From: Candidatus Latescibacterota bacterium
GTDB lineage: Bacteria; Latescibacterota; UBA2968
Assembly (NCBI GenBank): GCA_965198115.1
Contig: OZ240241.1
Coordinates: forward strand, 7,872,001 to 7,936,000
DNA length: 64,000 nucleotides
Reading direction: 5' to 3'
Positions 1-11,840 of this stretch are shown here, piece by piece. Made by a program: the position numbers and the translations under genes. Within the stretch, counting starts at the first letter, position 1. Each line of letters begins with the position of its first letter. Under the pieces are notes generated by a model, which searched no databases, had not been told where the DNA came from, and worked only from the letters and a program-made list of their open reading frames with translations.

Positions 1-1365
1 CGATTCTGTTGGTGGAAACGATCGCCATCCTTGGGACGGCCTCACGACAGAGTCCGTTCATCGTAGAATCGGCTAACCACTCCCTCATACTTCTTCAGCT
101 GTTCATTGTCGTGATTACGATGACCGTCATCGTTCTGTCCATCTTCGTGGAACAGAATCGAAGGGCGGAACGCGCACTGCAGGCCGCTCACGATGAACTC
201 GAGCAGCGCGTCAACGATCGAACACTCGAGCTGTCCGAGGCTACCAAACAAGCGGAGCGGGCAGCACACGAAGCCACAGCGGCCAATCGTGCCAAGAGTG
301 TGTTCCTCGCCAACATCAGCCACGAAATCCGCACGCCCCTGAACGCGATCCAGGGGTTCGCCGAAATTCTCGCCCGGAGAATCGCCGATCCTCAGCAGAA
401 CGATTACGTACAGTCTATCGACTCCAGCTCGAAGACACTCCTCGAATTGATCGACAACATCCTCGATCTTACCCGGACGGACTCCGGCGAGCTGGAACTT
501 GCAAAACAGCCCATCAGCACCGTGAAGCTTTTCAGCGACCTCGTAGACCAGTATGGACCGCTGGCCAACCACAAGGCCATCACATTCAACGTCGAGGTTG
601 ACCCCGGCCTACCGCAGGTCATCAGGGGCGACGACCGGCGACTCTACCAGATCCTCTCGAATCTCGTCGACAACGCAATCAAATTTACCGGGTCCGGTCG
701 GGTTTCGGTCAAAGCACGCGGGATTGTCTCAGAGCGTGCAAGGGGCCACATCGATCTGGTCGTCGAGGTCGAAGACACGGGAATCGGCATCCCCGAGGAG
801 GAGCGCGATCGCATCTTCGGCGCGTTCAATCAGAAAAGCGATCAAAGCATCAACGAATACGGCGGTACCGGGCTCGGGCTCGCGCTGACCCAAAGACTGG
901 TAGAAATGATGGGCGGACGAGTAGACGTAACAAGCGAAGTAGGTGTCGGAAGCAGTTTCAAAGTGACGGTCCAATCCGTCGAAGTGATCGATCCCTCGAC
1001 GGTTGCTGAGCTGGAAGCCGGAGACGACGCCTCGACTGCCGAGCTCACTGAAGCGTGGGCATCCGAGGACCTGACGGATGAAGCCCGTCGGCGGCTGCCC
1101 GATCTCCTGAGCTTCCTGGAGGCCCAGACCACCACGTGTGAAGAGCTCACATCAACATTGACCATCAACGAAGTAGAGCACTTCGCATCGGCCATGACCG
1201 AGAAAGGTGCGGAGCACCACTACCCTCCGCTCACGGTTTGGGCGACACGCCTCTCGCGTCAGGCGGAAACGTTCGACATGGTAGGACTGGCAGAGTCCTG
1301 AAACGCTTTCCACAGCTCGTCGTCGCAACAGCCGAACTCACGAAGAATGGGGCCGATCGTGCGTA
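1..1365 (+). CDS. Membrane sensor histidine kinase (HisKA + HATPase, C-terminal helical domain); 5' end outside the window, apparent 1-nt frameshift near 1298
   Basis: H-box [17 protein letters not shown]-box [11 protein letters not shown]-boxes DTGIGI and GGTGLGL. The ORF stops at 1301; one extra C gives [13 protein letters not shown]... ending at TAG 1363-1365. Confidence 0.85.
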
Positions 1366-1692
1366 GGTGGCTAACCACAGGATGGCTTTGGTTGGAGACC
1401 CTCCAGAATTTCGTGCGCGTGGATTACGACCTCAGCAAGACGCGTTCAGCTCGACCAGTTGGTTCGCCGCACCAGGATCTCGAAACAACATTCGGAGACC
1501 CCGCGATGCTCGCTAAGGAGGCGATCGAACGCGTCGCGGAACACGCCGACGTATCGGCTCGTGTCGTTCCGATCAGCCTTATCGGAATCGGACGATGCGG
1601 TCCAATTCAGCATCCGCACCGGGCCGTCGGCCATCTCGTACGACCCGATGGACGCACTGGTCGAAGAACTCGAGAGCAGCGACAACGGCTAG
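1347..1692 (+). pseudogene. Possible small hypothetical gene with a frameshift near 1581
   Basis: The N-part of ORF 1347 (...ARVVPISL) joins the C-part of ORF 1459 (SESDDAVQFSIR...EELESSDNG*) by a 1-nt shift. It sits in the operon position; no recognisable family. Confidence 0.3.
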
Positions 1693-1805
1693 ATGGCGGC
1701 CAGAGGGTTTCGCATATCTCGTCTCTCGGGCCCACGAAGGCGATGTAGAAGCCGCGTCCCAGGAGGATGGCACGACGTCTCACGCTTCGTCATTAAAAGA
1801 GAGGA

Positions 1806-2828
<1,023 letters not shown>

Positions 2829-2910
2829 GGTAACTTCGTTTACGCTGAATCGGCAGATTTCTTAGATTAACAAGACTATCTATCGGACCCTCCTGCGGAA
2901 GAGGAATCCT

Positions 2911-3882
2911 ATGCCGGACGAAACAAAGGGTGATCGCGTTCTGATCGTCGACGATACGCCCCGAAACATCCAGGTTCTCGGAACCATCCTCAAAGACCAG
3001 GGCTACCAGATCAACGTCGCGCAGAACGGATTGCAGGCGCTCGACGTTGTGACCAAGGTGACCCCCGACATTATCCTTCTCGATGTGATGATGCCCGAGC
3101 TCGATGGCTTCGAGACGTGCAAACGCCTGAAAGAAAACCCTGATACGGCGGAAATCCCCGTCGTCTTCCTCACGGCCAAGGTTGAAACAGAGGACGTCGT
3201 CCACGGGTTCGAACTCGGCGCGGTCGATTACGTGACAAAGCCTTTCAACCCCACCGAGCTGCTCGTCCGCGTAGACACTCACCTCACACTCTACAAGCTT
3301 AAACGCAACCTCGAACAGCTGGTCGAAGAACGCACCGAAGAGCTTCAGTTTGCCCACGCACAGCTTCAGCAGTATGTCAAGGAACTGGAAGTGCGCGATC
3401 GGCTGACTCAATTGCAGATGAAGAGTCCCACTTTCGACGAAGCCTACGAGGCCATCCTGATAGCCATCAACGATGCCGTCGCCCCGACCGCGACAACGAT
3501 CTTCACGACGGACGACGCAGGGTCCACGCTGGTATCCGCTGCCGACCTGGGTGACGGGTCGGCGCACATTGGCGAGGCGCACACCCCTTCCCCTCCCGCT
3601 GAAGGAGATCCTGCTGCCGAGGCCTTCGCCCAGCAGAGCCCGGTGTCCAAGGACGACCACGCTGCCGTCCCTATTCTCTGCGACGAGGTAACCCTGGGGG
3701 CCGTTACCGTCACAGGCCTGTCGGCAACAGCCTCGAGCCGCAGCATCGATAAGACCGCGCTACTCGATGCGCTATGGCGTATCGTCTCGGATGGAGCTGT
3801 CGTCTTGCACAATGCCCAGCTCGCGGCAGATCTCGAATCCGGCGATCTGAACGTCGATGACCTCCTCAACGTGGACATCTGA
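2911..3882 (+). CDS. Response regulator (REC + coiled coil + GAF-like domain)
   Basis: REC nearly identical to the upstream gene; LEQLVEERTEEL coiled coil; GAF-like AAVPILCDEVTLGAV; RBS GAGGA. Confidence 0.85.
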   Translation: MPDETKGDRVLIVDDTPRNIQVLGTILKDQGYQINVAQNGLQALDVVTKVTPDIILLDVMMPELDGFETCKRLKENPDTAEIPVVFLTAKVETEDVVHGFELGAVDYVTKPFNPTELLVRVDTHLTLYKLKRNLEQLVEERTEELQFAHAQLQQYVKELEVRDRLTQLQMKSPTFDEAYEAILIAINDAVAPTATTIFTTDDAGSTLVSAADLGDGSAHIGEAHTPSPPAEGDPAAEAFAQQSPVSKDDHAAVPILCDEVTLGAVTVTGLSATASSRSIDKTALLDALWRIVSDGAVVLHNAQLAADLESGDLNVDDLLNVDI

Positions 3883-3883
3883 G

Positions 3884-6590
3884 TTGACAGACTCATTTGA
3901 CATACCGGGCGTCAACCTCCTGGTCGACCCAGGCCTGCAACCGGGCAAATTCACAGAAGAGGGCAAGCTCGAGTTCAGCGACTTCGACTTCCAGCCCACG
4001 GTCCGATCCGGGCAGGAGCTCGCGTCGGTAGACAGCTCACATCCCGAATCCAAAGTATTGACCTCCGGCTCGAACGTTCGCGTCGAAATTCGCGAAGGTG
4101 GGCTCGGCTTCTTCGCGGAAGCGGACGGCGTGTTCCGGCTGATCAACAACCAGCTCGCCGTGTTCGAAATCCTCGAGATCGACGGTGACGTCGGGTTCGA
4201 GACTGGAAACCTTCGGTTCGACGGGTCCATCTACATCAAGGGGCGCGTAAATCAGGCATTCGCCGTCAAATCCGGCGGAGACGTCATCGTCGCCGGGAAC
4301 GTCGAGGCTGGGGCCAAGATCACTGCCTCGGGCGGTGTCTACGTCGGCGGCGACGTGAAGGGATTGAGGACGAAAATCGTCGCCATGGGTCCGATCCGAA
4401 CGGGATTCGTCAACGAAGCCTATGCGTTCAGTGGCAACGACATCGAGATTGGAAATCTGTGCGATCGTGGGACACTCCGGGCCGGCGGGGCGATTCGTGT
4501 CAACAAGATCGAAGACCCTAGAAGTGGAGGCATTGCGGGCGGCCAGGCTTGGTCGCTGTCGGGCATGGATGTCCACCAGGCCGGTACGCCCACAGGGACC
4601 CTCACCCAGCTCAATGCAGGTCTCGACCTCGAACACGGAAAGAAGCTAGGAGCCTGTCGGGTTACACCCGGAAGCTCGTTGAGATTAAGTCCAGCTGAGT
4701 CTGTCAGCGACCGGTTACCTTCGTTTTTTCCTTGAGCCGAGTTCCTCTTCGGGATCAGGTAGCCAATGAGAGTCGATAGAGTTTCAGAAGGTTGTGTGTG
4801 AGACAGATCAGGTTCCATTCTCTGATGACTTTGTGGATTCGGCGGAATGAGAATCGGGTGAAGTTCCGAACGGATTTGATCTGTCCAAACACGGGTTCGA
4901 TGATCTGTTTTCTTTTTCAGTAGGTGCAGCGACCTTTCTGTGTGAGAAGCTTTCTCGCCATTTTGTCTTTCGTCGTTGCGCCCTTGGGGATCCGTCCCCT
5001 GGGGCAGGTCGCGATGGGCGTTCCATGTTTCTGTTTTGTCGTCGCCACATAGAGGTCGACGCCATCTGATTGAACCTGATCGACCTGACTTTGGTTGAAG
5101 TATCCGGTGTCGGCAGTGAGGTGCTTGGGTGTCGTGCCGCCCATATTCGCTCTGATCTGGTTGACCATAGGTGTCATCTGGTTCTTGTCATCAGCTTCTT
5201 GGGTGACGTCGGCAGCAACGACAATCTGGGCCTTGTCATCCACAGCAGCTTGGCAGTTGTAGGCTTGAAGGAATTGGCCCCCTGAGACCATGATCCGTGA
5301 GTCGGGATCGGTGAAGTTCAGTTGTTCCTTTCAGTCGGGCTCTTTCGATGGAGGCTTGGGCTTACGTCCACGACCGCCGCGGCGCTCCCGGGCCTTTACC
5401 TTCTCTTCATACGCTGCCTGCTTCTCAGGAAACTCAGCCTCCGCTTCGGCTTCGATCTCGGCTATTGCGTCGCGGATTACTTTGAGTCGAGTCTCCCGGT
5501 GCTGCAACTCCTCGGGCAACTCGTCGCCGCGGTTGTCCTTTCCGTAGAGTTCGTCTTCGGCCGCGTCAGTGGCTTCGGCCTCGGTCAAGAGTCTGCGCAC
5601 TTCGGCCTCGATCTCGGCTTCTTTCTTCTTCATCCGGCCGTAGCTCATCGCTTTGTGTTTTGAGGCATTTGCTTTGACTTTCGTGCCATCCAACGCCACG
5701 TGTCCCAGCTTCACCAGACCTGCCTTCACGCAGAGACACAGCACTTGCCTGAACAGACCTGAGAGGGCATCCAGATGCCGTTGACGAAAGGTCGATATCG
5801 TGTCGTGATCAGGATGCTGATCCAGGCTGAGCACACGGAAAGCAACCGAGTCATAGGTCGCACGCTCGATCTTGCGGGAACTCCTGATGCCTTCACAGTA
5901 ACCATACAGCAGTAGGCTCACCATCATCCGGGGATCATACGGTGGCTGGCCACCTTGAGACCCATCGTAGGTCTCGTAGATCGCGGACAAATCAAGTTGT
6001 CCGACGATATCCAGAATGAAGTAGGTCGGATGACCCTTGGGAAGCCAACTCCGGAGATCCGGAGGCAGCAACATCAACTGAGCCGGATTGTAGACACGAA
6101 ACCGAGTAGAAGTGCTCAACGGAAACCTCCAATTCAGAGTCGGAACCTTGATCGCACTTCTACAATACGAAATCTTCCTCCGGCTGGGTACTCCGACAGG
6201 CTCCTAGACGACCTAAACGATAAAATCGAGGCCGGCAACAAGCAGATCAAACGTCTGCTCGACCGAATGGGCATGACGACGATCGACGTCCCACAGATCC
6301 AGAGACGGCTTGCAGCGGCGCAGGGTCCAAAGCGAAAGATCCTGGCTGTGGCAGCTCGTCAGCTTGGCGAGATCGTCAAGGCCCATCAGGAACTGCTCGG
6401 GGAACGCGGCAAGGTCCATTCAGCCCTGGAAAAGCGGCTGACCGACGCACGCGTGAAGATCCGCGAGCACGTCTACACCGGTGTGGACGTACGAATCGGC
6501 GACCAGAATATGAAAGTCAGGGATGAGCTCGACGGCGTCGAATTCTTCGTCCGGAATGACATCCTCGTCCACGAGCCCATAGGCAGCTGA
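3884..6590 (+). pseudogene. FapA/DUF342 family flagellar-assembly protein interrupted by IS1182
   Basis: DGDVGFETGNLRFDGSIYIKGRV and beta-helix repeats. Removing the IS and one CTAG restores ...GKK-LDDLNDKI... in frame to the coiled-coil C-terminus and YTGVDVRIG (~382 aa). Confidence 0.85.
4650..6203 (-). mobile_element. IS1182-family element, copy 1 (transposase 6119 to ~4755, with in-frame TGA at 5331-5333 and 4917-4919)
   Basis: Terminal IR GAGCCTGTCGG/CCGACAGGCTC; TSD CTAG at 4646-4649 and 6204-6207; motifs PDHDTISTFR, ALDGTKVKANAS, NFTDPDSRIM, ADTGY, IEPVFGQIK. Confidence 0.95.
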
Positions 6591-6615
6591 CGGAAATCCC
6601 CACCCCGAGTCCCAC

Positions 6616-7317
6616 ATGCCCGACACACTCGCCGTATCCCTCATCACACCTACTTACAACGAACGAGAAAACGTTCCGATCCTGGCCGAGGAGATCTTCG
6701 CCACGCTCGAAGATCATCCGGAGATCGACCTGGAGCTCATCGTCGTCGACGACAATTCTCCCGACGGCACGGGCGAAATCGCGGAATCGTTGAAGGGGAA
6801 GTATCCGGTGCAAGTCATCCACCGGTCCGGTAAGCTCGGTCTCGGAAGTGCCGTGATGGAGGGATTCGGGAAAAGCGACCGGGATTTACTTGGCGTCATC
6901 GACGCCGACCTCAGCCACGACCCGGTCCTTGTTCCGCAACTGATTAAGGGGCTTGCAACGCACGACATTATGATCGGTACGCGTTACGATCCCGAGAGTC
7001 GCGTCGAGAGGTGGCCGTGGTATCGAAAAGCGATCTCCATGGCCGGTGTCTCGATGGCTCGAGCACTTACGGGTGTAAAGGACCCTCTGGCCGGCTACTT
7101 CTTCCTCCACCGTCGCGTCATCGATGGCTTCGAACTCAATTCTCCTGGCTACAAAATCCTCTTCGAGATTCTGATCAACGGCGAATACGACAGTTTCGCC
7201 GAGATTCCCTTCGTCTTCCGCAACCGCCAGTTCAGCAGCAGTAAACTGAACCTCCTCGAATACTACCTCTTCGCCAAACAGCTCTACATCTTCAGCATCA
7301 AGAAACTGAGTGAATAG
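6616..7317 (+). CDS. GT2 polyprenol-phosphate mannosyltransferase (DPM1-like)
   Basis: PTYNERENV, VVDDNSPDGT, GKLGLGSA, IDADLSHDP. Confidence 0.9.
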   Translation: MPDTLAVSLITPTYNERENVPILAEEIFATLEDHPEIDLELIVVDDNSPDGTGEIAESLKGKYPVQVIHRSGKLGLGSAVMEGFGKSDRDLLGVIDADLSHDPVLVPQLIKGLATHDIMIGTRYDPESRVERWPWYRKAISMAGVSMARALTGVKDPLAGYFFLHRRVIDGFELNSPGYKILFEILINGEYDSFAEIPFVFRNRQFSSSKLNLLEYYLFAKQLYIFSIKKLSE

Positions 7318-7371
7318 GCAGAAGTGAGAAGGAAAGCCCTATTCCTTCTGCCCTGTCGCACCGACGATTAC

Positions 7372-7535
7372 GGCGAAGCCTTGTTACTGCCGACTGCCCA
7401 CAGCTTACTGCCGACTTGGCTTCCGTCAGCCGTCGCCGCTGTTCCTCTGTCTTCGGTCCTGTAACTTCAGTCCGGAGACTGCTCCCACCAAAACGGGCGA
7501 AGCCAGCTGCTCCGTCCACTGTCTCCCGTCATACC
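7372..7535. repeat. Stack of three different degenerate heptamer arrays between convergent genes
   Basis: TTACTGC-CGACTGC-CCACAGC-TTACTGC; TCTGTCT-TCGGTCC-TGTAACT-TCAGTCC; CTCCGTC-CACTGTC-TCCCGTC. Two of the arrays are preceded by GGCGAAGCC. Confidence 0.65.
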
Positions 7536-7537
7536 GG

Positions 7538-8986
7538 CTACTCCCACGGCATCGGGTATCGCCTTTCCCATCCAACACGCCCAAAGCTCGAGCTACTCGA
7601 ATTCGTGCGATGTCGTCCGGCAAACGATGAATCGGCCACCGACCGCATGATCTCCGAAGTCAGAATACCATCCAGACGGCGATAAATGTCTGAACAGACG
7701 GGGTCACTGGCCCGATTGTTCTGTTCCGTCGGGTCGTCTTCCAGATTGAACAAGTGTGTGCCCCTCCCATACTTACAGAGCTTCCACGTGCCGTCGAACA
7801 ACATCCAACCGTTCTTCAACGCCCCGAAGATGTGTTCGCGACACGTCTCGTCGCGCAGCCCCAGTCCGGTCAGGGGCCGTGCATCCATGTAGGATGGGAT
7901 GCGCTGACCCGCCAGGTTCAGAACCGTAGCCGTCACGTCGGTCAATGTCACGAGGTCGTCTAATACGTCGGAAGCTAAACCCGGATGACGAACGAGCATC
8001 GGCACGTGGCAGGCCGCTTCGTAGTAGGAGCCTTTGCCCCCCAGATCGTGATCGCCGAGGTAGTCTCCGTGGTCGGAGGAAAAGACGATCACCGTATTGT
8101 CGAGGATTCCTCTCTCTTGCAAAGCCTCGACGATACGGCCGACTTCGAGATCGATCTGTTTGACCAGACCGGCATAGCGGGCACGCTGCATCAGATAGGT
8201 TTCGTGGGATGGCGGTTCATCGTTCCGAATCGAGTACCACGACGTCCCGGTTCCGGGCCGATGGCTTCCTCCTCCCGCGCGCATGACCGACGTGTCTTCC
8301 AGGTTTCCCGGAATGGGTTCTAGCATGTCCTCGAGCTTGTAGGTCGCATACTCTACCGCCGGATCGTAGGGCGAATGAGGACCTGGAAAGCCGACCATGA
8401 TCGCAAAAGGAGCTTCGTCGTCGTAGGTGGAGATCCATCGTGCCGTCTCCTCGCCCACGAAGTGATCCACGTTGCACTCCCAGGGCTGCGGGCTGGTGCA
8501 CGCCATGTGATACTGGTGATACTCGGGGACGTCGATAAAGTCTCTTTTCGTGTAGCCTGCTTCGCGCAAGTAGAAATGATAGTCGTCCTCGATGAACCCC
8601 CAGAGCTTGTCTTCCGCGATGATCCGCTCCTGGAAGCCGAATCGCTTCTCCCACGGATAGAAGTGCATCTTCCCCGTCGCGAGCGTGCGATATCCCGCAT
8701 CATTCAGCAACTCCGGCCACGTGTGGATCCCACAAGTTTGATGATCCGGCCGCACGTATGTGGAGTTGTCCAGTACACCAACCCTGATCGCATTCATCCC
8801 CGTCAGCAGCGAGGCTCGAGCCGGTACGCAGACAGGGTGTTCGGAATAGGCATTCCGATAACGGATTCCCTGCGCCCCCAACGCATCGATGTTCGGCGTC
8901 TCTATGAACGATGCGCCGTAGCAGCTCAAAAAGTCGTGCCGCAGCTGATCCGGCATCATGAAGATGATGTTTGGCCTATCCGTCAT
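7538..8986 (-). CDS. Formylglycine-type sulfatase
   Basis: RPNIIFMMPDQLR, CVPARASLLTG (CxPxR), GKMH, SDHGDYLG. Confidence 0.93.
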   Translation of the reverse strand: MTDRPNIIFMMPDQLRHDFLSCYGASFIETPNIDALGAQGIRYRNAYSEHPVCVPARASLLTGMNAIRVGVLDNSTYVRPDHQTCGIHTWPELLNDAGYRTLATGKMHFYPWEKRFGFQERIIAEDKLWGFIEDDYHFYLREAGYTKRDFIDVPEYHQYHMACTSPQPWECNVDHFVGEETARWISTYDDEAPFAIMVGFPGPHSPYDPAVEYATYKLEDMLEPIPGNLEDTSVMRAGGGSHRPGTGTSWYSIRNDEPPSHETYLMQRARYAGLVKQIDLEVGRIVEALQERGILDNTVIVFSSDHGDYLGDHDLGGKGSYYEAACHVPMLVRHPGLASDVLDDLVTLTDVTATVLNLAGQRIPSYMDARPLTGLGLRDETCREHIFGALKNGWMLFDGTWKLCKYGRGTHLFNLEDDPTEQNNRASDPVCSDIYRRLDGILTSEIMRSVADSSFAGRHRTNSSSSSFGRVGWERRYPMPWE

Positions 8987-9130
8987 GCATCAGCCCTCGT
9001 GCCGTTTTGTCGTTCGCGAAAACCCATCGGTGGGACTCCTCCCGTTATCCTGAAATCCGTATGCCATCTATTCGCGGCCGGGAGGCCGCTCCCACCACAG
9101 AACCTTCGCCTGTTCGCCCACTCGCCGTGC

Positions 9131-10270
9131 TCACTGATCCACCACCGATCCATCGACATGCAACCTTGTGTTCCTCGCCCGCCCCTTGTAAGGGTGCTTC
9201 TCCATCGCATCAGGTGCGAGTTCCACGCCGATACCCGGCCGATCCGGAATCTTGATAAATCCGTTTTCGATCTCCAGGACTTCTTTCACGATCTCGCTCT
9301 TCGGTGGTTCCCCCTCACCCGTCGGATACTCCTGAAGAGCGAAGTTCGGAATCGAGGCGGCGATCTGGATACACGCGGCCGTGCTGACGGGGCTCAACGG
9401 ATTGTGTGGAACGACGCCGACGTGGTGGGCTTCTGCAAGCGCCGCGATCTTCTTGCTGTGCGTGATGCCGCCAGCCATGCAGACGTCCGGCCGTACGTAT
9501 TGCACCGCATTGCGTGCCAACAGCATCTCGAACTCGTAGATCGTGTGTAGCCGTTCTCCCGTCGCGATCGGAATGTTGATCTTCTGGGCGACCTCCCCCA
9601 TCGCATCGAAATTGTCCGGCCGAATCGGATCTTCATAGAAGTAGGGACGATAGGGCTCGATCGCTCGCCCGAGGGCAATCGCTTCGGCCGGCTCCATACG
9701 TCTGTGGATTTCGATGCAGAGATCCACATCATCCCCCACGGCGTCACGGTACGCAGCCACCGTATCGACCGCGTCCTTAATTTTGTGCGAGTGCGTCATG
9801 AAATAAGGCACCTCGCGGGGCTCATCCAGGAAAGGCGTCAGATGGCCAACAGCCGTGAAGCCCTGCGCTTTCGCATCGATGCAACCCTGAATCAGCTTCT
9901 CCTTGGTGTCCCCCTTCACGTGGTAGTAGACACGCGCGATGTCCCGGCACTTGCCCCCAAGCAACTGGTAGACGGGTACGCCGAAATGCTTTCCGGCAAT
10001 ATCCCACAGCGCGATGTCGATCGCGCTCAAGGCGCCCATGATCGCGGCCCCCCGAAAGTGGGTGCACCGATACAGATATTGCCAGTGGTGCTCGATCAGA
10101 AGAGGATCTTTGCCAACAAGATAGTCACGGTAATTTTCCATCACCGCAGCGGAGGCATCCAGGTAGCCCCATGCGCCAGACTCGCCCAGACCCACCAGAC
10201 CCGCATCGGTGTGAACCTCACAGAACAGGTAACGATCGATCGGCAGAATCTTCAGATCGGTGACTTTCAC
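9131..10270 (-). CDS. Mandelate racemase/muconate lactonizing (enolase superfamily) acid-sugar dehydratase, galactonate dehydratase-like
   Basis: SAIDIALWDIAGK, GVPVYQLLGG, YEDP, IATGERL, VVPHNP. Confidence 0.9.
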   Translation of the reverse strand: MKVTDLKILPIDRYLFCEVHTDAGLVGLGESGAWGYLDASAAVMENYRDYLVGKDPLLIEHHWQYLYRCTHFRGAAIMGALSAIDIALWDIAGKHFGVPVYQLLGGKCRDIARVYYHVKGDTKEKLIQGCIDAKAQGFTAVGHLTPFLDEPREVPYFMTHSHKIKDAVDTVAAYRDAVGDDVDLCIEIHRRMEPAEAIALGRAIEPYRPYFYEDPIRPDNFDAMGEVAQKINIPIATGERLHTIYEFEMLLARNAVQYVRPDVCMAGGITHSKKIAALAEAHHVGVVPHNPLSPVSTAACIQIAASIPNFALQEYPTGEGEPPKSEIVKEVLEIENGFIKIPDRPGIGVELAPDAMEKHPYKGRARNTRLHVDGSVVDQ

Positions 10271-10357
10271 GGATGACTCCTAACGAGGAGGTTTGGTACA
10301 CATAAACCGATGCGTTATACTCACTGAAGCAGTTCGTCCCAAATGCGGAGGTCCAGG

Positions 10358-11224
10358 ATGGAAAAGCGACCCTACGGAAACAAGCCTGATCAGTTAAGCA
10401 TCATTGCTCTCGGCGGCATCGTCGTCAAAGACACCGAAGCGCCCGACGCGAGTCGTCTTGTTTCACACGCGATCGACAATGGCATCAACTACTTCGACGT
10501 GGCCCCCGGCTATGGTACCGCCGAAGAATGCCTGGGCCCGGCGCTCGAGCCCTATCGAAACGACGTCTTCCTGGCCTGCAAAACAGGACGCCGCGACCGC
10601 GAAGGGGCGCGTGAAGAGCTCGATCGCTCCCTCAAGCGTTTATGTACCGACCACTTCGATCTCTATCAGCTCCACGCGATGAAGACGTGGGAAGATTTCG
10701 ATCAAGCCACGGGACCCAACGGCGCGTTGGAAACTTTCTACGAAGCACGCGAGAAGGGACAGATCCGATACATCGGATTCTCGGCACACTCGGAACCGGT
10801 CGCGCTGGCCCTGCTCGACCAGCTGGATTTCGACTCCGTCCTGTTTCCTCTCAATTGGGTGAACTATCTGGAGGCCGACTTCGGCCCCCGAGTTGTTGAT
10901 AAGGCCGCGTCGAAAGGAGCCGGCCGACTCGCCCTCAAAGCCCTGGCAAAAAGCCGCATTCCAAAGGGCGTAGACCGCCCATTCGAGCGATGCTGGTACG
11001 AACCCTGTTCGGACCCCGAACTCGCAAGCCTCGCGCTCAGGTTCACCCTCAGCCAGCCTATCACAGCAGCAATCCCTCCCGGTGACCCCGGTCTCTGGGA
11101 AATGGCCGTTGCGATCGGCCAGGACTTCAAACCCATCACCGAAGACGAAATAGGAATCCTTCGTGTAAAAGCGACCGAGAATACACCGTTGGCGAGTGAG
11201 GACTGGCTCGTCGAAGTACGATGA
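10358..11224 (+). CDS. Aldo/keto reductase
   Basis: GINYFDVAPGYG, SLKRLCTDHFDLYQLH, IRYIGFSAH; RBS GGAGG. Confidence 0.92.
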   Translation: MEKRPYGNKPDQLSIIALGGIVVKDTEAPDASRLVSHAIDNGINYFDVAPGYGTAEECLGPALEPYRNDVFLACKTGRRDREGAREELDRSLKRLCTDHFDLYQLHAMKTWEDFDQATGPNGALETFYEAREKGQIRYIGFSAHSEPVALALLDQLDFDSVLFPLNWVNYLEADFGPRVVDKAASKGAGRLALKALAKSRIPKGVDRPFERCWYEPCSDPELASLALRFTLSQPITAAIPPGDPGLWEMAVAIGQDFKPITEDEIGILRVKATENTPLASEDWLVEVR

Positions 11225-11229
11225 ACCCT

Positions 11230-11411
11230 ACCACGGAGAGCACGGAGGACACGGAGGGTATTTCCTAGTCATCCGTTCTTTTTGCCAGAAACAGCGATCC
11301 CTAGAGGATCGGGTCTGGCCCCGATTCTCGATGTTCGATCTTCGATTCTCTCGATCTCCTATTCCCGGTTCCGGGTCCCCGTTTCTCGTGTGTTTCGTGT
11401 ATTTCGTGGTT
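11230..11411. repeat. 9-mer and 7-mer repeat stack downstream of the AKR gene
   Basis: CACGGAGAG-CACGGAGGA-CACGGAGG; TTCTCGA-TGTTCGA-TCTTCGA; TTCCCGG-TTCCGGG-TCCCCGT; TCGTGTGTT-TCGTGTATT-TCGTGGTT. Confidence 0.7.
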
Positions 11412-11840
11412 CCCGTTTTCGCCTTACTAGGAGCCTGTCGGAGTACCCAGCCGGAGGAAGATTTCGTATTGTAGAAGTGCGATCAAGGTTCCGACTCTGA
11501 ATTGGAGGTTTCCGTTGAGCACTTCTACTCGGTTTCGTGTCTACAATCCGGCTCAGTTGATGTTGCTGCCTCCGGATCTCCGGAGTTGGCTTCCCAAGGG
11601 TCATCCGACCTACTTCATTCTGGATATCGTCGGACAACTTGATTTGTCCGCGATCTACGAGACCTACGATGGGTCTCAAGGTGGCCAGCCACCGTATGAT
11701 CCCCGGATGATGGTGAGCCTACTGCTGTATGGTTACTGTGAAGGCATCAGGAGTTCCCGCAAGATCGAGCGTGCGACCTATGACTCGGTTGCTTTCCGTG
11801 TGCTCAGCCTGGATCAGCATCCTGATCACGACACGATATC

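Noticed and set aside
5955-6590. Independent 211-aa gene
   Set aside because: Its N-terminus is IS1182 antisense sequence and its C-terminus is the FapA remainder.
8375-9550. 391-aa + strand ORF and similar long antisense ORFs (1689-2639, 43031-44143, 56989-58377)
   Set aside because: Shadow frames of well-supported opposite-strand genes in GC-rich DNA.
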